This document shows, piece after piece, positions 28,578 to 37,399 of a DNA stretch of 64,000 nt; the first letter of the stretch is position 1, and every line of letters begins with the position of its first letter. The translations under genes and the position numbers were made by a program. Under the pieces are notes generated by a model. The model was not told the origin of the DNA, searched no databases, and saw only the letters and a program-made list of their open reading frames with translations. Source of the DNA: Eubacteriales bacterium (GTDB lineage: Bacteria; Bacillota; Clostridia; Oscillospirales; CAG-272). The stretch is taken from positions 10,121 through 74,120 of the forward strand of contig JAZRUS010000072.1 in the NCBI GenBank assembly GCA_045652665.1. The letters are read 5' to 3'.

Positions 28578-29660
28578 TTAATTATCAAAATCTATAATTT
28601 TTTGGCCGTTTATCTGTGCGCCGGGAGCCGCCGAGGGCACGAACGGAATACCAAGATGATCGTATGCAAGCTTTGTTACACACCTTCCTCTAGGAGTTCT
28701 TGCAAGGAAGCCGATCTGCATCAGATACGGCTCGTAAACGTCCTCTATAGTTATAGCTTCTTCGCCGATCGTTGCGGCAAGTGTGTCTAAGCCGACAGGA
28801 CCGCCCGAATAGTACTTTATGATCGCTTCAAGCATTCGTCTGTCAATGTTATCGAGTCCCAGCTCATCAATGTCGAGTGCGGTAAGCGCTATGTCAGAAA
28901 TTTCGGATGTTATAACTCCGTCACCCTTTACAAGAGCAAAATCTCTTATGCGCTTCAAAAGGCGGTTGGCAATACGCGGCGTTCCTCTTGATCTGGATGC
29001 GATGCTCTTTGCACCGTCATCGGTTATTGATATTTCTAATATTCCCGCGGACCGCTTGACTATTTTTGCAAGCTCGTCGGGAGTATAAAGTTCAAGCTTT
29101 AAAAGAACACCGAATCTATCGCGTAACGGTGTCGTAAGCTGACCTGCACGTGTTGTTGCGCCTATCAGGGTAAATTTCGGGATTGGCAGGCGTATGGAGC
29201 GTGCGCTTGGACCCTTTCCTATGATTATGTCTAGCGCATAATCCTCCATGGCAGGGTAGAGAATCTCCTCAACCGCACGTGAGAGTCGATGTATCTCATC
29301 AATAAAGAGAACGTCTCCCTCTGACAGGTTTGTCAGAATTGCCGCAAGATCACCGGGCTTTTCTATGGCAGGACCCGATGTCGTGCGTATATTAACGCCC
29401 ATTTCATTCGCGATGATCGTTGAAAGGGTTGTTTTTCCAAGACCGGGCGGTCCGTAGAGTAATACGTGATCAAGAGCTTCTCCTCTTAGCTTGGCGCTTT
29501 CAATGTATACCTTGAGATTTGATTTTGCACGTTCTTGACCTACGTATTCATCGAGTGTTTTTGGACGGAGAGAGTTTTCTACCTCAGCGTCCTGACTCGC
29601 GTTATATTCGTTTGATATTATTCGGTTTTCAAAATCAAATTCTTCTGATTTTTCAAGCAT
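28578..29660 (-). CDS. ruvB: Holliday junction branch migration ATPase RuvB
   Basis: 360 aa with [29 protein letters not shown]. Confidence 0.96.
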   Translation of the reverse strand: MLEKSEEFDFENRIISNEYNASQDAEVENSLRPKTLDEYVGQERAKSNLKVYIESAKLRGEALDHVLLYGPPGLGKTTLSTIIANEMGVNIRTTSGPAIEKPGDLAAILTNLSEGDVLFIDEIHRLSRAVEEILYPAMEDYALDIIIGKGPSARSIRLPIPKFTLIGATTRAGQLTTPLRDRFGVLLKLELYTPDELAKIVKRSAGILEISITDDGAKSIASRSRGTPRIANRLLKRIRDFALVKGDGVITSEISDIALTALDIDELGLDNIDRRMLEAIIKYYSGGPVGLDTLAATIGEEAITIEDVYEPYLMQIGFLARTPRGRCVTKLAYDHLGIPFVPSAAPGAQINGQKIIDFDN

Positions 29661-29678
29661 TTTAAGTCTCTCCTTGAA

Positions 29679-30293
29679 TTAGCGAGCGATTTTTTTCAAT
29701 GCAGCTTTGATAATTTCGCCGGCATCCATTGAGCCGATGTCTATTCCCTTGATCGATCCGAGAACGGTGTTTTTATCGTATCCCAATACCATAAGAGCCT
29801 CGGTTGCTTCTGCGAGCGCAGAGTTTTGGGGAACAGATGCTTGCCGTGAAGATTCCGTATTGATCCTTGAGCCCAGAGTCATCATATCCTTAGAGATCTT
29901 ATCTTTTAATTCCAGAATGATTCTCATTGCCGTTTTTGTGCCTATGCCGGATGCCTTGGATATTGCTTTTACGTCATCCATGCATACGGCAAGAGAGAAC
30001 TTATCGGGAGATAGTGTTGACAGAATGCTTATTGCCGCCTTGGGACCGACACCGCTGACTGTTATCAGCTGATTAAAGCATTGGCGTTCTTCATTGCTTC
30101 CAAATCCAAACAGCTCTATGCCGTCCTCGCGAACCGCAAGATGCGTATAAAGCTTCACCTGTTGATTCATACGCTGCGCCATTTCCTCCGAGGTCAGGAG
30201 GCTGACAGTTAGCTTATATCCGACCCCACCGCAATCTATAACGCAGGTGCTCGAGTCTTTATATTCAAGAATGCCTTTAATGTAATAAAACAT
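29679..30293 (-). CDS. ruvA: Holliday junction DNA helicase subunit RuvA
   Basis: 204 aa with MFYYIKG start, HhH motifs (SGVGPKAA, ASGIGTKTA), and position upstream of ruvB. Confidence 0.93.
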   Translation of the reverse strand: MFYYIKGILEYKDSSTCVIDCGGVGYKLTVSLLTSEEMAQRMNQQVKLYTHLAVREDGIELFGFGSNEERQCFNQLITVSGVGPKAAISILSTLSPDKFSLAVCMDDVKAISKASGIGTKTAMRIILELKDKISKDMMTLGSRINTESSRQASVPQNSALAEATEALMVLGYDKNTVLGSIKGIDIGSMDAGEIIKAALKKIAR

Positions 30294-30305
30294 TTCGTAC
30301 TCCTA

Positions 30306-30503
30306 TTAAGAATCTGTTGAAGAAATAACCCTTTTTATCATCTTCTCTATGTTTTCGCGAGGGATAGTAAGATCGCGGTTACATCCTGTGCATATGATTC
30401 GCACGTCGCTTCCGCCGCGAACAACCCTAAATGTGTCAGACGCGCAGGGATGCTTTTTTTTGAGCACGAGAAGGTCTCCGGGCGTAAAGTAGATAATTGC
30501 CAT
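30306..30503 (-). CDS. DUF951-family small protein
   Basis: The ATG at 30503 follows GGAGG. Sequence MAIIYFTPGDLLVLKKKHPCASDTFRVVRGGSDVRIICTGCNRDL matches my recollection of the DUF951 pattern (KKHPCG...R.GADI...C..C). Confidence 0.7.
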   Translation of the reverse strand: MAIIYFTPGDLLVLKKKHPCASDTFRVVRGGSDVRIICTGCNRDLTIPRENIEKMIKRVISSTDS

Positions 30504-30532
30504 ATTCGCACCTCCATGGGTTATTACCAAAG

Positions 30533-30561
30533 ATTATACCATACTTTAAAACAAATGTAAA
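30533..30561 (-). promoter_or_regulatory. promoter for DUF951-ruvA-ruvB
   Basis: On the minus strand: TTTACA (30556-30561), 17-nt spacer ending in TGG, TATAAT (30533-30538). Confidence 0.55.
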
Positions 30562-30618
30562 GTCGATAAGGAGAAATATTTTGCATACATATTAAACCGA
30601 TTGGGTGATGTAAAATGA

Positions 30619-30629
30619 TCAATTTAAAT
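30619..30629. repeat. left copy of the 11-bp direct repeat TCAATTTAAAT
   Basis: Exact match to 33313-33323. It contains the stop codon of the 886-codon ORF (minus-strand TAA at 30624-30626). Confidence 0.9.
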
Positions 30630-33284
30630 TCTGCCGATAACTTCAAGCGCCTTGCCTTTGGAGAATACCTGATAATGCGTATTATTGGCAATAGTTTTCT
30701 TCATCTCGCCTATGGTGAGAGCGGAAACACCGGGATTCCTCGGTATTCCTTTTTCAAGAATTGCATCTATATCAAATCCTGTGCTCGAATCCGAATACAG
30801 CTCGTCTAAAAGTTCATTACGACCCTCGTAGCCGGTTAATGCGTATCTTTCAATGATTTCTCCATCTTCTCCAACTGTGAGAGAATATCCGCTTCGGTAT
30901 TTGCCGGATTCTCGATTATTTTGATAAGCGCCTCCGCGCACATCTCCGCTTTCTCGAAGTTTTTGATATTCACCAAATGATTTAGCACCTTCTCGTGTGT
31001 ACTGCGTTGCAAATCCCTGTTGCTCAAGGAACGCAAGATGAGTATCTGAGAACGCCCTTCTTTCATATAATCTCTCCTTTATAATTTCCATTTCCGTTTC
31101 CGTTTCGACATTGAAGCGAACAGTCCTTGTAATACGGAAATTGTCCTTCGTGCCTTTAACGAAAACAAAAACATTGTTAACGCCAAGAGTTTTATGCGGG
31201 TCATTATTTACCTCGATAATAGCCTCGCCTTTTGAAGACTGTCTAAAAGTCCTCAAAGAACTTCTTGCTTTTATCTTTGCAAATAGGTCATCAATTTCCT
31301 CGGTGGTAATGCCTCCCGCCTTGCTTGCCCATCCAAAACTCTCGTATTGTTCTTTAGTGTAGTGCTTAGTGGCTTCATCTTCTGCAAGAGCGAACCTGAA
31401 ATCGTTTAAAAACCCCGGATTTACTGCCAGCTTAGCTCTTACGAAGGATTTTGATTTATCCTTCTTCTTCGCATAGCGGTCAATAATTCTTTCGTTTTCA
31501 GCCTTGATTGCAGCTTCGATAGTAGGCTGATACTTTGACCTTGTATCACCCTCTATCATGTACTCACTGCTGCTTACTTTAAGTACGTTGCGCTTTCTGC
31601 CGGTTATATCCGTAAAGGTGCGTGCTACTTTAAGATACGGTCCTTGTATTCCGGTTTCAGATCTCCCGTGAGAGCTAAGCCGATTTTCTGAATATCCTGC
31701 TCCGTCACTTCGCCCTTCTCGTCGTAACGGTTTATTATCTCCTCTATCATCCGTTGACGATTCTCGTCTGTCTTCAGCAAAACCAACTCCGCTACTGTGT
31801 CTTCTTTGCTCAGACCTAAGCTTTTCAATAAACCTATCAGGTTGTGCTGTGTTTGTGTTACCATAATCTTCTCTCCACTCGTGAATATTTTTCGCCTTTT
31901 CTCTCTCAAAAACATGAACTATGCCTTCATCATCGATTATATATCGATAAGTGAATCCATCGGTTAACGTACGCCTTCTAAGCTCATTCCGATGTTTCGC
32001 ATCCCATGTTAAAGCCTCGGATTGAATTCGTGCTTGTTCGGCGGCACTTAGTTCTATCTCATTATACCACGAAAAGTCGATATTTTCAATATCAAGCGCA
32101 TATCTCGTATCGGGATCTGCGGTAGGATTCTTATTGCTCGTAAGCTTTATCTGCTCAGGGGAGAGGGTGCTGCCTTCGCTATCCGTTTCCGGCAAAGCAA
32201 ATCTTTTTTTGAGGATTTTTGCACTTTTTTCGTCAGAGGGGTTGCTTTTTTCCGCGTTTTCGGTTATACTATTATCAGTGGAGCTTCTACTGTTCGCTTC
32301 GGGCGTTCCTGCAAGGGCATTTGCATTTGCTGACGGTGTACGACCTCCACTTTTTTCATTTATAATCCAAGCACTCTTTAATGTAAGGGTGCTTTTTTTA
32401 GTGGAAGTGATAGTTATAGCAACATTTCTGCCCTCAAGGAATTTTTCAAAACGTAGCGCAGTGCCGGTAGAATCGCTCACGAGGCTTACATCATCAGGGG
32501 CAATAACCGCCTCAATGATATTTTCGATATTTGCATCATCAACCGCTTTTTGTCCTCTCGGTGCTTCGGTTGCCTCGTTGCCGTGAGAATCGTATATATG
32601 AAAAACAAAATTGCTTGCCAGGACAAAATCATACCCGGTAATATCTTCACCTGTTCGCGCCTTGACGAGTGCGGCAGTTTTGTCGCTGATAATACCTATA
32701 TGCAGGCGCTCAAACGGAGGGTTGCTCTTGGAACGTTTGATAAAGTCCTTTATTTCGTTATAATCACGTACAACTCGATCCTTGCCGCTACTCTCGATAT
32801 GTCTTATCCTCGTAGCATCATATTCTCCGAGAGATTTGAGAGCTTCGGGTAGAGCATACCGTTCATCCGTGTTTGTTACAATGGGTGCTTCCTCGTCATT
32901 ATCGCCTGTAACGTGCATAGAATCGGTTTCTGTGTTCGTTACGGGCATTTTTTTCGCTCCTGCGCCCTCTAACGCAATCGAAAGAGCGTTGTTACCCTGG
33001 TTGCGCTCCGAAAGGCTCTCAAAGAGCGCTTTGTACTGCCGCACGAACTTGCGAGCCTGCGCCGACAAGCCCTGAATAGAGGAATATTCCCGGGCGGACT
33101 TGCGGAAGAAGGAAAGCACCTTATCTGCGAAAGAAGGCTCTTTTGAGAGGATATAAGCCCAGGCATCTGCGCTTCTGAAAACTTCCTCTGCGCCTGCTGC
33201 GGCAACCTCCTCCTCGGAGATAGTCTGAGCTACGGAAGAATCCGTGCCGAGCTTTTTGTAGAACTTCTTGTATCTCTCGCGCAC
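30624..33284 (-). CDS. polyvalent-protein-like ORF of phage/conjugative-element type, apparently 5'-truncated (886 codons from a GTG)
   Basis: It is open across the entire inter-repeat segment. There is no in-frame ATG before codon 113 and no clear RBS. It is modular, with five R[YF]AL motifs, an HxxxxH...RGQ nuclease-like module, and an R/S/G/D-rich linker. It is unrelated to the flanking housekeeping genes. Confidence 0.6.
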   Translation of the reverse strand: MRERYKKFYKKLGTDSSVAQTISEEEVAAAGAEEVFRSADAWAYILSKEPSFADKVLSFFRKSAREYSSIQGLSAQARKFVRQYKALFESLSERNQGNNALSIALEGAGAKKMPVTNTETDSMHVTGDNDEEAPIVTNTDERYALPEALKSLGEYDATRIRHIESSGKDRVVRDYNEIKDFIKRSKSNPPFERLHIGIISDKTAALVKARTGEDITGYDFVLASNFVFHIYDSHGNEATEAPRGQKAVDDANIENIIEAVIAPDDVSLVSDSTGTALRFEKFLEGRNVAITITSTKKSTLTLKSAWIINEKSGGRTPSANANALAGTPEANSRSSTDNSITENAEKSNPSDEKSAKILKKRFALPETDSEGSTLSPEQIKLTSNKNPTADPDTRYALDIENIDFSWYNEIELSAAEQARIQSEALTWDAKHRNELRRRTLTDGFTYRYIIDDEGIVHVFEREKAKNIHEWREDYGNTNTAQPDRFIEKLRSEQRRHSSGVGFAEDRRESSTDDRGDNKPLRREGRSDGAGYSENRLSSHGRSETGIQGPYLKVARTFTDITGRKRNVLKVSSSEYMIEGDTRSKYQPTIEAAIKAENERIIDRYAKKKDKSKSFVRAKLAVNPGFLNDFRFALAEDEATKHYTKEQYESFGWASKAGGITTEEIDDLFAKIKARSSLRTFRQSSKGEAIIEVNNDPHKTLGVNNVFVFVKGTKDNFRITRTVRFNVETETEMEIIKERLYERRAFSDTHLAFLEQQGFATQYTREGAKSFGEYQKLRESGDVRGGAYQNNRESGKYRSGYSLTVGEDGEIIERYALTGYEGRNELLDELYSDSSTGFDIDAILEKGIPRNPGVSALTIGEMKKTIANNTHYQVFSKGKALEVIGRI

Positions 33285-33312
33285 TTCCTGCGCTTTTTCG
33301 GGGTTGCTTCTC

Positions 33313-33323
33313 TCAATTTAAAT
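33313..33323. repeat. right copy of the 11-bp direct repeat TCAATTTAAAT
   Basis: Exact match to 30619-30629. Its TAA (minus strand, 33318-33320) is the in-frame stop immediately upstream of the ORF. Confidence 0.9.
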
Positions 33324-33336
33324 AATGTAGGGGGAG

Positions 33337-33365
33337 TTGACAAAATATTTCGTCTATGATATACT
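33337..33365 (+). promoter_or_regulatory. promoter for ruvC
   Basis: TTGACA (33337-33342), 17-nt spacer, TATACT (33360-33365). Confidence 0.55.
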
Positions 33366-33414
33366 AAATTGATATATTATAATTATGGTGCGCGTATGCG
33401 CGCAAAGGATGAAG

Positions 33415-33915
33415 ATGATCATTTTAGGAATTGACCCCGGTCTGGCAATAGTTGGGTGGGGAGTAATAGAGAGTGTGCGCGGTAACGTGCGTCCCATTGC
33501 GTACGGCGCGATTACAACGCCCGCTCACACCGATATAGAAGCTCGGCTTCTTATGATACAAAATGATATGGAAGCGCTGATAAATCAGTACAAGCCGGAT
33601 GAGATGGCAATTGAAGAACTGTTCTTTAATACCAATATCACAACGGGCATTGCAGTAGCAGAGGCGCGTGGAGTTATACTGTGTACGGCTCACAAGCTTG
33701 GCGTAAAGATAAGTGAGTACACTCCGCTTCAGGTAAAGCAGGCAGTGGTAGGCTACGGAAAGGCAGAAAAGCATCAGGTTATTTCTATGGTAACGTCCAT
33801 TCTTGACCTTCCAAAGCCCCCGAAACCCGACGATACTGCTGATGCAGTTGCAATTGCCATCTGCCACGCGCAGTGCCGCGGATCGGCAATGGGAAAATAT
33901 TTTAATCAGCGTTGA
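33415..33915 (+). CDS. ruvC: crossover junction endodeoxyribonuclease RuvC
   Basis: The start MIILGIDPGLA at 33415 follows AAAGGA. A catalytic acidic residue in GIDPG, then ELFFN and DAADAVAIA. Confidence 0.93.
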   Translation: MIILGIDPGLAIVGWGVIESVRGNVRPIAYGAITTPAHTDIEARLLMIQNDMEALINQYKPDEMAIEELFFNTNITTGIAVAEARGVILCTAHKLGVKISEYTPLQVKQAVVGYGKAEKHQVISMVTSILDLPKPPKPDDTADAVAIAICHAQCRGSAMGKYFNQR

Positions 33916-33926
33916 ATGGAGACATT

Positions 33927-34808
33927 ATGTGGTTAGCAGATAAATGGATCGACTATCAGGTCATAGATACGTCAGATGGAGAGAAGCTTGAGCTTTGGGG
34001 AAAATACAGCTTGATCAGACCCGATCCTCAGGTTATATGGAAGACCGAGAAAAAGAATCCTCTTTGGAAAAAGGCAGATGCAAGCTACAAAAGAAGCAGA
34101 TCGGGCGGTGGCGCGTGGAGCGAAAACAGACTTCCCGAAATGTGGAATATAAAATATCGCGATCTATGTTTTCAGATAAAGCCGATGGGATTTAAGCACA
34201 CCGGTCTTTTTCCTGAACAGGCGGCAAACTGGGATTGGTTCCGCGAGCTTATTGAGAATGCAGGTCGACCGGTAAGAGTATTAAATCTTTTCGCATATAC
34301 CGGAGGTGCTACCGTTGCGGCGGCGAAAGCCGGGGCATCCGTTTGCCATGTTGATGCATCGCGCGGAATGGTTGCGGCGGCTAAGGAAAACGCACGTCTC
34401 TCGGGACTTGAGAATGCTCCTATTCGATACATTGTTGACGATTGCAAAAAGTTTATAGAACGAGAAATAAGGCGTGGCAGAAAGTATGATGCGATAATTA
34501 TGGATCCGCCGTCATACGGACGCGGACCGACAGGTGAGGTTTGGAAAATTGAGGAAAATATAGACGATTTCGTGTCGCTATGTCAAAATGTTTTGTCTGA
34601 CGAGCCCCTCTTCTTTTTGCTTAATTCATACACGACGGGGCTTTCAGCTTCAACGATGAAGTATATTACCGACACCAGACTTCTCAGACGGTGGAAGGGA
34701 TACAGTGAGGCGGACGAGCTTGGGTTGCCTGTAGGTGAATCCGGACTTGCTTTGCCGTGCGGTTCTAGTGTCAGAGTATATTTCGGAAAGGTAAGATCAA
34801 ATGGATAA
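33927..34808 (+). CDS. RlmI-like class I SAM-dependent (rRNA) methyltransferase
   Basis: LNLFAYTGGATVAAAKAGA..VCHVDAS and IIMDPPSYGRGP resemble the RlmI/YwbD family motifs. The ATG at 33927 follows GGAGA. Confidence 0.8.
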   Translation: MWLADKWIDYQVIDTSDGEKLELWGKYSLIRPDPQVIWKTEKKNPLWKKADASYKRSRSGGGAWSENRLPEMWNIKYRDLCFQIKPMGFKHTGLFPEQAANWDWFRELIENAGRPVRVLNLFAYTGGATVAAAKAGASVCHVDASRGMVAAAKENARLSGLENAPIRYIVDDCKKFIEREIRRGRKYDAIIMDPPSYGRGPTGEVWKIEENIDDFVSLCQNVLSDEPLFFLLNSYTTGLSASTMKYITDTRLLRRWKGYSEADELGLPVGESGLALPCGSSVRVYFGKVRSNG

Positions 34809-35694
34809 TCCCATCATATCGGTTAATAAAATCAGCTACGTATATTCTGATGGCTCGGAAGAAAACAACAGAAATGTAACTGCTGCTATAGAGAATGTGT
34901 CCTTCGATGTACGCGCAGGTGAATACATTTCTATCCTTGGTCATAACGGATCGGGTAAATCAACACTTGCCAAGCTTTTGAATATGATTTTGGTGCCGTC
35001 GTCCGGAAAGATATACATTGACGGTGTAGATATTACCGATGAGAATTTCACAGAGAATGACGTTTTCAATATACGTCAGAAAGTCGGTATGGTTTTTCAG
35101 AATCCCGATAATCAGCTTGTGGCAACCGTAGTTGATGAGGACGTTGCATTCGGTCCTGAAAATCTTGGACTTCCGCGCGATGAAATTAAAAGAAGAGTAA
35201 AAAGCGCGCTTTCCATGGTTGGTATGACCGAATATGCGCATCACGCACCTCATAAGCTTTCGGGCGGTCAGAAGCAGCGTGTTGCGATTGCGGGAATCAT
35301 CGCTATGAGGCCGAGAATCATTATTTTTGATGAGTCTACAGCTATGCTTGATCCGCTTGGACGCCGTGAGGTTGTGGAAATAATGGAACGCCTTAACCGT
35401 GACGAAGGAATTACGATTTTGAACATTACTCATTATATGGATGAAGCCGCGCGCGCCGACCGAGTTATCGTTATTAACGATGGATCGATCGTTATGGACG
35501 GGAGTCCAAAGACTGTTTTTTCAGAGGTTGGTAAATTGCGTGAGATTGGTCTTGAGGCTCCGCAGGGGCGTGAGCTGATTTATGAGCTGGGTAAGATTGG
35601 ATTTGATATTAGTACGGATGCATTGTCTGAGGCAGAATGCATAGAAGCGTTAAAAAAATTTGTAATGGAAAAGAAATCAAATGAACATAATTGA
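34801..35694 (+). CDS. ecfA: energy-coupling factor transporter ATPase (EcfA1)
   Basis: ABC motifs GHNGSGKST, LSGGQKQRVAIAG, IIFDEST. First of a tandem ATPase pair upstream of ecfT. Confidence 0.9.
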   Translation: MDNPIISVNKISYVYSDGSEENNRNVTAAIENVSFDVRAGEYISILGHNGSGKSTLAKLLNMILVPSSGKIYIDGVDITDENFTENDVFNIRQKVGMVFQNPDNQLVATVVDEDVAFGPENLGLPRDEIKRRVKSALSMVGMTEYAHHAPHKLSGGQKQRVAIAGIIAMRPRIIIFDESTAMLDPLGRREVVEIMERLNRDEGITILNITHYMDEAARADRVIVINDGSIVMDGSPKTVFSEVGKLREIGLEAPQGRELIYELGKIGFDISTDALSEAECIEALKKFVMEKKSNEHN

Positions 35695-36541
35695 GTTGAA
35701 GGGTGTTTCTTTTATATACAGTAAGGGAACTCCGTTTCAAAAGATAGCGCTTGACAACGTTAACGTTTCCTTTGAAAAAGGGAAGATAACCGGACTTATA
35801 GGACATACCGGATCGGGAAAGTCAACGCTTGTAAATCTTTTGAACGGTCTGTACCGTCCTACCGAGGGGAAAGTTTTTCTTGGCGGCGCTGATATATGGG
35901 AGAAACCTAAGGAAATCAGCAAAATAAGATATAGAGTCGGACTTGTTATGCAATATCCGGAATATCAGCTTTTTGATGAAACTGTCAGAGCGGATATAGG
36001 CTTTGCTCCGAGAAATCAGGGGCTTTCCGAAGAGGAGATTAATGAAAGAGTCGTAGAGGCGGCACGTCTTACCGGTATAACCGAGGAACTGCTGGATAAA
36101 TCTCCGTTTGAGCTGTCGGGCGGACAGAAGCGCCGCGTTGCCATTGCCGGAATTCTTGCAATGAGACCGGAGGTGCTTGTTCTCGACGAGCCTGCCGCAG
36201 GACTTGATCCTCGCGGAAGACGGGAGATACTTGGCGCGCTTTCACAATATGTGAAGGAGCGAGATGCATCAATTATACTTGTCAGCCATTCCATGGAGGA
36301 TATGGCTCACTACTGCGATAACGTGGTGGTTATGAATAAGTCTAAGGTGTATAAGGTTGGAACGGTTGATGAGATATTCTCTGATGCGGATGCGCTCTCG
36401 AGTATAGGTCTTGACGTTCCTGTGATTAGCAAGATCGCCTCCGCGCTTAAAAAGAGCGGTATAGACCTTAGGGGAACTCTTTATACCGTTGACGGTGTAA
36501 AGAAGGCGATCGTAGATTATATCGGAGGTGATAGCATATGA
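35681..36541 (+). CDS. ecfA: energy-coupling factor transporter ATPase (EcfA2)
   Basis: GHTGSGKST, LSGGQKRRVAIAG, LVLDEPAAGLD. Confidence 0.9.
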   Translation: MNIIELKGVSFIYSKGTPFQKIALDNVNVSFEKGKITGLIGHTGSGKSTLVNLLNGLYRPTEGKVFLGGADIWEKPKEISKIRYRVGLVMQYPEYQLFDETVRADIGFAPRNQGLSEEEINERVVEAARLTGITEELLDKSPFELSGGQKRRVAIAGILAMRPEVLVLDEPAAGLDPRGRREILGALSQYVKERDASIILVSHSMEDMAHYCDNVVVMNKSKVYKVGTVDEIFSDADALSSIGLDVPVISKIASALKKSGIDLRGTLYTVDGVKKAIVDYIGGDSI

Positions 36542-37398
36542 TTTCCGATATAACGTTGGGGCAATTCTTTCCGGGATTTTCTCCGCTTCACAAGCTCGAT
36601 CCGCGCACTAAACTGATCCTTGCGGTAATTTTCATTGTCTCTGTTTTTCTTTTGAATAGCCCTCTTGGATTCGTTTTCATGCTTGCGATCACGCTTCTGC
36701 TTATCGCGGTAAGCCGTATATCGTTTAAGGTGGTTTTACGTGGAATAAGACCGATTATTTTTGTTCTTATATTCACGTCACTAATCAATATTCTAATGAC
36801 AAAAGGAGAGGGTGAACCGCTGGTTGCCTTCTGGATCGTAAAAATATATGAGGAGGGTATTCTAAAGGCAATCTTTATGTCGCTGAGGGTCATAATGCTT
36901 ATAATTGGTACGAGTATGTTTTTGACTTATACGACGTCCCCCATATCACTTACCGACGGAATAGAATCACTACTTAAGCCGCTAAGCAAGATCGGAATTC
37001 CCGTGCATCTTTTTGCAATGATGATGACCATAGCTCTCCGATTTATTCCTACACTTGTCGAGGAGACCGAGAAAATAATGAATGCTCAGAAGTCTCGCGG
37101 AGCTGATTTTTCGAGCGGAGGTCTAATAAAGAGGGCAAGGGCTCTTATACCTCTATTGGTTCCTCTTTTCGTTTCTTCGTTTAAAAGGGCTGAGGAGCTT
37201 GCTACTGCAATGGAATGCCGATGCTACAGAGGCGATAAAAACAGAACGAAATATAATGAATTAAAGTACAAGAGCAGAGATTTTGCATGGTTTCTTTTCT
37301 CTCTTTTGCTTCTTGCGGCGGTTATTACCTTGAAGATCATGCCGTACGAATTTGAGATTACCAACCCTGTTCTCAATCTCTTGTTCTATAAGATCTGA
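36538..37398 (+). CDS. ecfT: energy-coupling factor transporter transmembrane subunit EcfT
   Basis: 286 aa polytopic protein with LHKLDPRTK near the N-terminus and the ARG-type coupling helix motifs (MNAQKSRGA, RAEELATAMECR). Confidence 0.9.
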   Translation: MISDITLGQFFPGFSPLHKLDPRTKLILAVIFIVSVFLLNSPLGFVFMLAITLLLIAVSRISFKVVLRGIRPIIFVLIFTSLINILMTKGEGEPLVAFWIVKIYEEGILKAIFMSLRVIMLIIGTSMFLTYTTSPISLTDGIESLLKPLSKIGIPVHLFAMMMTIALRFIPTLVEETEKIMNAQKSRGADFSSGGLIKRARALIPLLVPLFVSSFKRAEELATAMECRCYRGDKNRTKYNELKYKSRDFAWFLFSLLLLAAVITLKIMPYEFEITNPVLNLLFYKI

Positions 37399-37399
37399 T

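Noticed and set aside
30836-31066. A second alternate-frame ORF (76 codons, E/K-rich, helical-looking) lies within the 886-codon ORF.
   Set aside because: It shows the same compositional effect. The host frame is clearly protein-like here (FGEYQKLRESG...YSLTVGEDGEIIERYALTGYEG), and the alternate frame has no RBS.
31625-31915. A 96-codon alternate-frame ORF lies inside the 886-codon ORF on the same strand. It has an internal ATG preceded by GGAGAG and a plausible helical sequence (MVTQTQHNLIGLLKSLGLSKEDTVAELVLLKTDENRQRMIEEIINRYDEKGEVTEQDIQKIG...). The host frame here reads as an R/S/G/D-rich low-complexity stretch.
   Set aside because: The region is purine-rich, so off-frames lack T-containing stop codons by composition. 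First-position G content is about equal in both frames (roughly one third). None of the 12 Leu codons in the alternate frame is CTT, the dominant Leu codon in the rest of this ORF and in host genes, whereas 3 of 4 Leu codons in the host frame are CTT. R/S/G/D-rich disordered linkers are also typical of polyvalent proteins. This is probably a shadow ORF. Ribosome profiling or conservation of the alternate frame in homologues would reopen the question.
30622-33323. ATTTAAAT (an 8-bp palindrome identical to the SwaI site) occurs at both ends of the inserted segment. This could hint at cloning or an artificial origin.
   Set aside because: A third copy lies in ordinary intergenic DNA at 43045-43052. 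At this base composition, roughly two copies of an AT-only 8-mer are expected in 64 kb. Nothing else suggests engineering. The 11-bp direct repeat is kept as a biological observation instead.
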